Shown here one piece after another: positions 33,336-40,794 of a stretch of DNA of 63,051 nucleotides. The translations under genes and the position numbers were made by a program. The stretch comes from Azospirillaceae bacterium. Lineage in GTDB: Bacteria; Pseudomonadota; Alphaproteobacteria; Azospirillales; Azospirillaceae. How positions within the stretch are numbered: position 1 is the stretch's first letter; every line of letters starts with the position of its first letter. The notes under the pieces were generated by a model, which did not search any database, had not been told where the DNA came from, and was given only the letters and a program-made list of their open reading frames with translations. The stretch is from contig DASPKT010000427.1 in the NCBI GenBank assembly GCA_035627915.1, forward strand, positions 1-63,051. Reading direction: 5' to 3'.

Positions 33336-33394
33336 CCTAGCCGAAAGCGCCCGGCGGCTTCACCCGCCTTGTCGGCATGGGAGGGGCGGGCGGC

Positions 33395-33450
33395 TGTCCG
33401 GTTCGGCGGGACCCTGTCCGCCGGCGCTGTCCGCATCCGGACAGTGTCCG
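33395..33450. promoter_or_regulatory. Candidate enhancer (UAS) cluster: TGTCCG-CATC-CGGACA palindrome plus three further TGTCCG half-sites
   Basis: TGTCCG occurs at 33395, 33415, 33428 and 33445. The 16-bp palindrome at 33428-33443 is the exact reverse complement of 27977-27992. It lies ~70 bp upstream of the second sigma-54 promoter. Confidence 0.55.
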
Positions 33451-33475
33451 GAAACGAACGGGGTAGATCGAACGA

Positions 33476-33488
33476 TAAGTTATTGATT
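33476..33488 (-). promoter_or_regulatory. IHF-consensus site (AATCAATAACTTA on the minus strand)
   Basis: Matches WATCAA-N4-TTR exactly. It is located between the UAS cluster and the -24 element, in the only AT-rich patch of this intergenic region. Confidence 0.45.
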
Positions 33489-33505
33489 TTGCACGCGCCG
33501 GACGC

Positions 33506-33520
33506 TGGCACGCCGCTTGC
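33506..33520 (+). promoter_or_regulatory. Sigma-54 (-24/-12) promoter TGGCAC-GCCGC-TTGC
   Basis: cTGGCACGccgcTTGCt lies 41 nt upstream of ATG 33561. It matches the 28089-28105 promoter at 15 of 17 positions. Confidence 0.7.
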
Positions 33521-33560
33521 TGATAATGCGGCGGGTAGAACACAAGAGGGGACGCCCGTC

Positions 33561-33713
33561 ATGACCGAACCGATCACCCGCACGGACACGCCCGCCACGG
33601 AGCGCACCGTCACCGAGCGCATCGAGGATGCGGTCACGTCAGTCAACCCGGACGTCTGGCTCGCCAGCGCCCTCGTGGTGGTGGTGATCCGATGCCTGGG
33701 CGGCCTCGTCTGA
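33561..33713 (+). CDS. Small (50 aa) predicted membrane peptide, unknown family
   Basis: MTEPITRTDTPATERTVTERIEDAVTSVNPDVWLASALVVVVIRCLGGLV. AGAGGGG lies 9 nt upstream of the ATG. It is hidden inside the shadow ORF 31197..33713. Its layout matches the 28152 peptide: MT(D/E) start, acidic/Thr-rich N-half, an NP motif, and a hydrophobic helix containing one Cys. Confidence 0.45.
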   Translation: MTEPITRTDTPATERTVTERIEDAVTSVNPDVWLASALVVVVIRCLGGLV

Positions 33714-33745
33714 CCGTAGTCTCGTCGAGCGGGAACGACATCAAA

Positions 33746-35005
33746 ATGGGTATGGACCGAAAGATCGAGAAGCGCTCGCGCTTCAAGCGCCAGCACCTGA
33801 TCGGCGCCGCCGTCGGCGCGCTGGCCCTGGGGGCGGCGGGCTTCATGGCCGTCGGCGGCTCCGGCGGCAGCACCGTCCGGGTGGCCGAGGAGCGGCTGGT
33901 GACGGCCGAGGTGAAGCAGGGGCAGTTCGAGGACTTCATCCCCGTCCGGGGCGCCGTGGAGCCGCTGAACAGCGTGTTCCTGGACTCGGTCGAGGGCGGC
34001 CGGGTGGAGAAGCGCTTCGCCGAGGCCGGCCAGATGGTCAAGGCCGGCCAGCCCCTGGTGGAGCTGTCCAACACCGACCTGCAGCTGGAGGTCATCGCCC
34101 GCGAGGCGCAGGTGATCGAGCAGCTGAACCAGCTCCGCACGGTGGAGCTGGGCCTCCAGACCAACCGCCTCACCAACAAGCGCGAGCTGGTGGAGGTCGA
34201 GTACAAGCTGGTGCAGCTGAAGCGCGACCTCGACCGCCGCTCGCAGCTGGTGAAGACGAACGCCGTCAGCCAGGCCCAGTTCGAGGACAGCAAGGACGAG
34301 TACGACTACTACCAGCGCCGCCGCGAGGTCCTGCAGGAGAGCATCCGCGTCACCGACGGCATGCGCACCGAGCAGTACGAGCAGCTGAAGGCCGCCACCT
34401 CCAAGCTCCAGGAGAACCTGGAGTACGCGCGCCGCAACCTGGAGAACCTGGTGGTCAAGGCGCCTGTCGACGGCCAGTTGACCCAGCTGGAGGCGGAGAT
34501 CGGCCAGACCATGCAGCGCGGCCAGCGCCTGGGCCGGGTCGACCGCATCGACGGCTTCAAGGTCTCCGCCCAGGTCGACGAGTTCTACCTGCCGCGCCTG
34601 GACGTGGGCCAGACCGCCGAGGTGCAGATGGGCTCGGCCAACACGGTGCTGCGCGTCGCCAAGATCTACCCGCAGGTCCGCGACGGCCAGTTCCGGGTGG
34701 ACCTGGAGTTCGCCGCCGAGCCGCCCAAGGACATCCGCAGCGGCCAGACGCTCCAGATGCGCCTGAAGCTGGGCGCCACCACGTCGGCGCTGCTGATCCC
34801 CAACGGCGCCTTCTTCCAGGACACCGGCGGCGACTGGATCTTCGTCGTCGGCTCCGACGGCAAGTACGCCACCAAGCGCCGCGTCCAGCTCGGCCGCCGC
34901 AACGCCCAGGTCATCGAGGTCAAGGGCGGCCTGGAACCGGGCGAGCGCGTCATCACCTCCGCCTACGGCGACATGGTCCGCATGGACCGCATCCAGCTCA
35001 ACTGA
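33746..35005 (+). CDS. HlyD/MacA-type periplasmic adaptor (membrane fusion protein)
   Basis: N-terminal TM (LIGAAVGALALGAAGFMAV), a lipoyl-like hairpin, a long coiled coil (QLEVIAREAQVIEQLNQLRTVELGLQ...) and a beta-barrel C-domain. The alternative start at 33752 is equally possible. Confidence 0.8.
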   Translation: MGMDRKIEKRSRFKRQHLIGAAVGALALGAAGFMAVGGSGGSTVRVAEERLVTAEVKQGQFEDFIPVRGAVEPLNSVFLDSVEGGRVEKRFAEAGQMVKAGQPLVELSNTDLQLEVIAREAQVIEQLNQLRTVELGLQTNRLTNKRELVEVEYKLVQLKRDLDRRSQLVKTNAVSQAQFEDSKDEYDYYQRRREVLQESIRVTDGMRTEQYEQLKAATSKLQENLEYARRNLENLVVKAPVDGQLTQLEAEIGQTMQRGQRLGRVDRIDGFKVSAQVDEFYLPRLDVGQTAEVQMGSANTVLRVAKIYPQVRDGQFRVDLEFAAEPPKDIRSGQTLQMRLKLGATTSALLIPNGAFFQDTGGDWIFVVGSDGKYATKRRVQLGRRNAQVIEVKGGLEPGERVITSAYGDMVRMDRIQLN

Positions 35006-35034
35006 ACGACCGAACCGATAGAAGGGAGTAGTCC

Positions 35035-35715
35035 ATGCTGAAACTCGTGAACCTGACCAAGGTCTACCGCACCGAAGAGGTGGAGACGACCGCGCTGAAT
35101 TCCGTGAACATCCATGTCAAGCACGGCGAGTTCGTCGCCATCATGGGCCCGTCGGGCTGCGGCAAGTCCTCGCTGCTGAACATCATCGGCATGCTCGACA
35201 ATCCCAGCGGCGGCGAATACTGGTTCGACGGCGAGAACGTCGCCGGCTACGGCGAGCGCAAGCTGGCCGACATCCGCAAGAAGAACATCGGCTTCATCTT
35301 CCAGAGCTTCAACCTGATCGACGAACTCACCGTGTTCGAGAACGTCGAGCTGGCGCTGCTCTACCACGACATCCCGGCGCGCGAGCGCAAGGAGCGGGTC
35401 AAGGCGGCGCTGGAGAAGGTGAACATCGCCCACCGCGAGACCCACCTGCCGCAGCAGCTCTCCGGCGGCCAGCAGCAGCGCGTCGCCATCGCCCGCGCCG
35501 TCGTCTCCAAGCCCAAGATGCTGCTGGCGGACGAGCCGACCGGCAACCTCGACAGCGCCAACGGCGACGAGGTCATGAAGATGCTGACCGACCTGAACGC
35601 CGAGGGCACGACCATCGTCATGGTCACCCACTCCATGCCGCACGCCCAGTACGCGCGCCGCATCATCAACCTGTTCGACGGCCAGGTCGTGGCCGAGAAC
35701 CTGCGCGCCGCCTGA
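35035..35715 (+). CDS. ABC transporter ATP-binding protein (MacB/LolD-type NBD)
   Basis: Walker A GPSGCGKSS, Q-loop, signature LSGGQQQRVAIARA, Walker B MLLADEPT and H-loop VTHS. Confidence 0.9.
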   Translation: MLKLVNLTKVYRTEEVETTALNSVNIHVKHGEFVAIMGPSGCGKSSLLNIIGMLDNPSGGEYWFDGENVAGYGERKLADIRKKNIGFIFQSFNLIDELTVFENVELALLYHDIPARERKERVKAALEKVNIAHRETHLPQQLSGGQQQRVAIARAVVSKPKMLLADEPTGNLDSANGDEVMKMLTDLNAEGTTIVMVTHSMPHAQYARRIINLFDGQVVAENLRAA

Positions 35716-35762
35716 CCGGCGCCGGGTTCCTGGGGGGAAGTCCAAGGGGGGAGGGCGGCGGG

Positions 35763-38219
35763 ATGCTGCGCAACTACATCGTCACTGCGGTACGCAACCT
35801 GCTGAAGCACCGGCTCTACTCGGCGATCAACATCGCCGGGCTGGCGGTCGGGCTGGCGGCCTGCATCCTGATCGCGCTGTTCGTGCGCGACGAGTTCAGC
35901 TACGAGCGCTTCTGGCCGAAGCTGGACCGGATGCACCGGGTCGCCCTGACCTTCTACATCCCGGGCCGCGAGCCCATGATGGTCGGCGACAGCCAGTTCG
36001 TCATGGGCCCGCTGCTGAAGGAGGACTTCCCCGGGATCGAGGAGGTGGTCCGCTTCGCGCCCCAGCGCACCCTGGTGGACCGCGCCGACAACCCCGCGCT
36101 GGAGGTGCTGACCTACGCCGACCCCGGCGTCTTCCGGGTGTTCGGCTACGAGTTCCTGCGCGGCACGGCCGACGGCGCGCTGGACCGCCCCGGCACCGTC
36201 GTGCTCACCCAGCGCATGGCGCGCAAGTGGTTCGGCGACGAGGACCCGGTCGGCCAGTCCCTGAAGGTCGACGGCCAGCACCTGCTGGAGGTCACCGGCG
36301 TGGTGAAGGACCTCCCTCACAACACGCACCTGAAGTCGGTCGACTTCCTGGTCGCCATGGAGTCGAAGAGCAACCGCCTGAACAAGGAGGCGCGGGAGAG
36401 CTGGACCACCATGCAGGGGTCCACCTACGTGCTGCTGCGCGACGGCGCCTCCGCCGCCGAGGTGCAGGCCGGGCTGAAGGACTTCGTCGCCCGCCGCGCC
36501 GGCAACATCGCCCTGCCGGGCGGCGCCGTCGCCGCCACCTCCATCTTCAAGTACGACCTCCAGCCCGTCGCCGACATCCACCTGCACTCCGCCGGCTTCC
36601 AGGGCGAGGAGGACCCGGGCGACTTCGGCATGGTCATGGCCTTCGCCGGCATCGCCGTCCTGATCCTGGGCATCGCCTGCATCAACTTCATGAACCTGGC
36701 GACGGCCCGCGCCTCGGGCCGGGCGCGGGAGGTCAGCATCCGCAAGGTGGTGGGCGCCCAGCGCCGCCAGATCGTGGCGCAGTTCCTGGGCGAGTCCGTG
36801 GTCGTCACCCTGCTGGCGCTGGTCATCGCCGTCGCCCTGGTGGAGCTGGCGCTGCCCTGGTTCTCCGGCTTCGTGAACAAGCCGCTGGGCATCGATTATG
36901 CCGGCAGCCTGGGCGACGTGGCGATGCTGGTGGCCCTGACCGTCCTGGTCGGCGTCGCCGCCGGTTCCTACCCCGCCTTCGTCCTGTCCGCCTTCAAGCC
37001 GGCGGCGGTGCTGAAGGCCAACAAGTCCTCGGCCGGCGGCGGGCGGCTGCGCGCGGTGCTGGTCGTGGTGCAGTTCGCCATCTCCATCTCCCTGATGGTG
37101 GCGACCGCCGTGGTGTACGCCCAGATGGAGTACGCGAAGTCCATGCGCCTCGGCTACGACCGGGAGCACGTGCTGGCGATCTCCGGCACCCACCGCGGCG
37201 CCGCCCGCGCGGCGATCGACAGCCTGCGCGAGGAGATCGGCAAGCTGCCGGGCGTCGTCACCGTGGCCCGCGCCGGCGGCTATCCCACGGACGGGAACGA
37301 GAACAACAACATCGTCCAGATGCCGGACAGCGATCCCAGCAACCCGCTGGTGATCGGCAACCAGAGCGCCGACGCCAACTTCTTCAAGGCGCTGGGCATC
37401 CAGACCGTGGCCGGCCGCACCTTCGACGAGAGCTTCGCCACCGACGTGCTGCCCGAAGACCCGGCGGAGGCGGCCAAGCGCCCGTCCGCCCTGGTGCTGA
37501 ACCGCGCCGCCGTGAAGCGCCTGGGCTTCGCCTCGCCGGAGGCCGCCATCGGCCAGACCTTCAAGATCGGCGTCAGCGCCGACGGGCTGTCCCCGGTGAC
37601 GGTGGTCGGCGTGGTGGACGACGTCCTCCAGGGCTCCATCCGGGCCGCGGTGAAGCCGATGATGTACTACATGGCCGACCCGTACCCCTTCCTGGTCGTG
37701 CGCCTGTCCGGCCAGGAGCTGAACGCCACGGTCAACCGGATCGACGAGACCTGGAAGCGCCTGGTCCCCGGCACGCCGATCCGCCGCACCTTCCTGGAGG
37801 ACAGCTTCAACGCCCTCTACGCGGCGGAGGAGCGGCAGGGCCAGATGTTCGCCACCTTCTCCGGCCTCGCCATCGTCATCGCCTGCCTGGGCCTGTTCGG
37901 CCTGGCCTCCTTCACCGCGGAGAAGCGCACGAAGGAGATCGGCATCCGCAAGGTGCTGGGCGCCAGCGTGCCCGAGATCGTGCGGCTGCTGGTGTGGCAG
38001 TTCTCCCGCCCGGTGCTGGTGGCGAACCTGATCGCCTGGCCGCTCGCCTGGTACGCCATGCGCGACTGGCTGGACGGCTTCGCCTACCGCGTCGAGCTGA
38101 GCCCGCTCTACTTCGCGGTGGCCGGGATCGCGGCGCTGACCATCGCCTGGGCGACGGTCGCCAGCCACGCCACCCGGGTCGCCATGACCAAGCCCTCCAG
38201 CGCCCTGCGCTACGAATAA
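35763..38219 (+). CDS. ABC transporter permease, duplicated FtsX/MacB-type (permease 2, 818 aa)
   Basis: Starts MLRNYIVTAVRNLLKHRLYSAINIAGLAVGLAACILIALFVRDEFSYE... It has two FtsX modules and ends ...SSALRYE. Confidence 0.85.
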   Translation: MLRNYIVTAVRNLLKHRLYSAINIAGLAVGLAACILIALFVRDEFSYERFWPKLDRMHRVALTFYIPGREPMMVGDSQFVMGPLLKEDFPGIEEVVRFAPQRTLVDRADNPALEVLTYADPGVFRVFGYEFLRGTADGALDRPGTVVLTQRMARKWFGDEDPVGQSLKVDGQHLLEVTGVVKDLPHNTHLKSVDFLVAMESKSNRLNKEARESWTTMQGSTYVLLRDGASAAEVQAGLKDFVARRAGNIALPGGAVAATSIFKYDLQPVADIHLHSAGFQGEEDPGDFGMVMAFAGIAVLILGIACINFMNLATARASGRAREVSIRKVVGAQRRQIVAQFLGESVVVTLLALVIAVALVELALPWFSGFVNKPLGIDYAGSLGDVAMLVALTVLVGVAAGSYPAFVLSAFKPAAVLKANKSSAGGGRLRAVLVVVQFAISISLMVATAVVYAQMEYAKSMRLGYDREHVLAISGTHRGAARAAIDSLREEIGKLPGVVTVARAGGYPTDGNENNNIVQMPDSDPSNPLVIGNQSADANFFKALGIQTVAGRTFDESFATDVLPEDPAEAAKRPSALVLNRAAVKRLGFASPEAAIGQTFKIGVSADGLSPVTVVGVVDDVLQGSIRAAVKPMMYYMADPYPFLVVRLSGQELNATVNRIDETWKRLVPGTPIRRTFLEDSFNALYAAEERQGQMFATFSGLAIVIACLGLFGLASFTAEKRTKEIGIRKVLGASVPEIVRLLVWQFSRPVLVANLIAWPLAWYAMRDWLDGFAYRVELSPLYFAVAGIAALTIAWATVASHATRVAMTKPSSALRYE

Positions 38220-38242
38220 TCCCTGGAAATCGGGAAACACAG

Positions 38243-40717
38243 ATGCTCGGGAACTACCTGACCGTCGCCTTCCGGAACCTGGTCAAGCACCGGCTCTACT
38301 CGGCGATCAACATCTTCGGCCTCGCGGTCGGCCTGGCCGCCGCGATCCTGATCCTGCTCTTCGTCCGCAACGAGCTGAACTACGACGGCTTCCACCGGGA
38401 CGCCGACCGCCTCTACCAGGTGGCGGTGGACGCCGAGATCCCCGGCCGCCCCGCCAACAAGATCTCGCGCACCATGCCGCCGGTCGGGCCGGCCATGAAG
38501 GACTACTTCGCCGAGGTGGAGGACGTCCTGCAGCTGATCCAGCAGAGCTCCGTCGTGCGGCGCGGCGGCGACGTCCAGTTCTCCGAGCAGATGATCAGCA
38601 CGACGCCGAACTTCTTCGACTTCTTCACCTACCGCTTCGTGAAGGGCGACCCGGCGCGGGCGCTGGCGGAGCCCGACTCGGTCGTCCTGACCGAGAGCAC
38701 GGCGCGCAAGTACTTCGGCGACGCCGACGCGCTGGACCAGGTCCTCACCATCGACCAGACCGACGTGCGGGTGACCGCCGTCGTCGCCGACCTGCCGCCC
38801 AACACGCAGCTGGACTTCACCATGCTGCTGAACCGGCAGTCCAAGGCCAGCCGCGCGGCGCCGTCGCTGCTGGAGAGCTGGGGCGCGCTCTGCTGCTTCA
38901 CCTACGTGAAGCTGAAGGAGGGCGCCGACGCCGACCAGGTGCGCGCCAACCTGAAGGCGTTCATGGAGGCGAAGGCCCCGGTCCAGCGCACGCCGACCGG
39001 CACCTTCAGCCCGGCCGAATCCTTCAAGCTGATGCTGCGCAACGTCACCGACGTGCACACCGACCCGATGCTGGGCGACCTGCGGCCGGGCACCAGCCGG
39101 ACGGAGATCTACATCTTCTCCGCCGTGGCGGCCCTGGTCCTGGTCATCGCCAGCATCAACTTCATGAACCTGGCGACCGCCCGCGCCACCCAGCGGGCGC
39201 GCGAGGTCAGCGTCCGCAAGGTGGTGGGCGCCAGCCGCACCCAGATCATCGCCCAGTTCATCGGCGAGTCCGTGCTGCTGACCGTGATCGGGCTGGTGCT
39301 GTCCATCGCGCTTGTGGAGCTGGCGCTGCCCTACTACTCCGACTTCCTGGGCCTGAAGCTCAGCTTCAACTACCTGTCGGACCCGGTCCTGCTGCTGATG
39401 CTGCTGGGGCTGACCCTGGTGGTCGGCACCGCCGGCGGCGCCTATCCCGCCTTCTTCCTGTCCGCCTTCAAGCCGGCGGCGGTGCTGAAGGGGGCGTCCA
39501 GCGGCACCTCGGGCGGCTCCGGCCGGCTGCGCGCGGCGCTGGTGGTGGTGCAGTTCTCCATCTCCATCGCGCTGATGACGGCCACCGCCGTGGTCTACGG
39601 CCAGCTCCTGTTCGCCACCGGCAAGGACCTGGGCTTCGACCGGGAGAACGTGGTCGTGCTGGAAGGCGTGGGCCGCCGCGACGCCCGCGACCGCCGCGAG
39701 GCGCTGATGGAGGCGCTGCGCAAGGACCCGCGCGTCGTCTCGGTGGCGTCGGGCAGCGTCATGCCGGGCGACGGGGACGAGAGCAACACCGGCATCCGCC
39801 TGCCGGGCGGCGACCCCAACGACAACCTGACGCTGCGCAATGACAGCGTGAACTACGACTACTTCCGCACCATGGGCATGCGGCTGGTGGCCGGCCGCGA
39901 CTTCGACCGGGAGCGGGGCGGCGACGCGCTGGTCCGCCCGGCGACGCCGCCGACGGCCGAGAACCCGCAGGTGCTGAAGGGGGCCGCGGTGGTCAACCGC
40001 TCCGCCGTCGCCCGGATGGGCTTCGCCTCGCCGGAGGCGGCGCTGGGCCAGACCTTCCAGGCCGGCGACGCCCCCAACAGCTCGCTGGAGCTGACCATCG
40101 TCGGCGTGCTGGAGGACTTCCACTACCGCTCCGTCACCGACCCGATCGCCGCCGGCTTCTTCTACATCGACCCGGCCGACCAGACGCAGGTGGCGGTGCG
40201 GATCAAGGGCGGCGACGTGCCGGGCGCGCTCTCCTTCGTCGACCGCACCTGGAAGGAGGTCTATCCGGACCTGCCGCTGCGCCGCCAGTTCCTGGACGAG
40301 CGCCTGCAGCAGCTCTACGAGCGCGAGCGCACCACCTCGGAGATGTTCGCCGCCTTCTCCGGCCTCGCCATCGTGATCGCCTGCCTGGGCCTGTTCGGCC
40401 TGGCCTCCTTCACCGCGGAGCGGCGGACCAAGGAGATCGGCCTGCGCAAGGTGCTGGGCGCCAGCGTGTCCGACATCGTGCGGCTGCTGGTCTGGCAGTT
40501 CAGCAAGCCGGTGCTGGTGGCGAACCTGATCGCTTGGCCGATCGCCTGGTACGGCGCGTCGCGCTGGCTGGAGGGCTTCGCCTACCGCATCGACCTCAGC
40601 CCGCTGATCTTCCTGGGCGCAGGATTCGCCGCCCTGCTGATCGCCTGGGCCACGGTCGGCATGCACGCCACCCGGGTGGCGGCGGCGAAGCCGGTGACGG
40701 CCTTGCGCTACGAGTGA
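38243..40717 (+). CDS. ABC transporter permease, duplicated FtsX/MacB-type (permease 3, 824 aa)
   Basis: ATG at 38243 (MLGNYLTVAFRNLVKHRLYSAINIFGLAVG...) lies inside track ORF 36227..40717, whose first 2 kb is a shadow frame. The protein ends ...VTALRYE. Confidence 0.85.
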   Translation: MLGNYLTVAFRNLVKHRLYSAINIFGLAVGLAAAILILLFVRNELNYDGFHRDADRLYQVAVDAEIPGRPANKISRTMPPVGPAMKDYFAEVEDVLQLIQQSSVVRRGGDVQFSEQMISTTPNFFDFFTYRFVKGDPARALAEPDSVVLTESTARKYFGDADALDQVLTIDQTDVRVTAVVADLPPNTQLDFTMLLNRQSKASRAAPSLLESWGALCCFTYVKLKEGADADQVRANLKAFMEAKAPVQRTPTGTFSPAESFKLMLRNVTDVHTDPMLGDLRPGTSRTEIYIFSAVAALVLVIASINFMNLATARATQRAREVSVRKVVGASRTQIIAQFIGESVLLTVIGLVLSIALVELALPYYSDFLGLKLSFNYLSDPVLLLMLLGLTLVVGTAGGAYPAFFLSAFKPAAVLKGASSGTSGGSGRLRAALVVVQFSISIALMTATAVVYGQLLFATGKDLGFDRENVVVLEGVGRRDARDRREALMEALRKDPRVVSVASGSVMPGDGDESNTGIRLPGGDPNDNLTLRNDSVNYDYFRTMGMRLVAGRDFDRERGGDALVRPATPPTAENPQVLKGAAVVNRSAVARMGFASPEAALGQTFQAGDAPNSSLELTIVGVLEDFHYRSVTDPIAAGFFYIDPADQTQVAVRIKGGDVPGALSFVDRTWKEVYPDLPLRRQFLDERLQQLYERERTTSEMFAAFSGLAIVIACLGLFGLASFTAERRTKEIGLRKVLGASVSDIVRLLVWQFSKPVLVANLIAWPIAWYGASRWLEGFAYRIDLSPLIFLGAGFAALLIAWATVGMHATRVAAAKPVTALRYE

Positions 40718-40725
40718 TCCGCAGC

Positions 40726-40761
40726 GGGGCGCCCCTCCCCGGGCAGGGGGAGGGGCGCCCC
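40726..40761 (+). other. GC-rich 15-bp perfect stem-loop between permease genes 3 and 4
   Basis: GGGGCGCCCCTCCCC-gggcag-GGGGAGGGGCGCCCC. No U-tract follows, so it is not called a terminator. Confidence 0.5.
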
Positions 40762-40794
40762 CGATCTCAACCGGCGGCCCGGGGGGCTGGCGCC

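Noticed and set aside
31197-33560. 838-aa plus-strand ORF antisense to the hybrid kinase
   Set aside because: It is a shadow frame. Only its last 51 codons (33561..33713) have an RBS, a promoter context and a protein-like composition, and those are reported separately.
36227-38242. Apparent 1496-aa giant protein (ORF 36227..40717)
   Set aside because: The first ~670 codons are an alternative frame of permease 2 with an RGP-rich translation. The real gene starts at ATG 38243, where the sequence becomes the canonical permease N-terminus.
40726-40761. Intrinsic terminator between permeases 3 and 4
   Set aside because: It has a strong stem but no downstream U-tract, and it is followed within 34 nt by the next permease start. 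It is kept only as an unexplained stem-loop.
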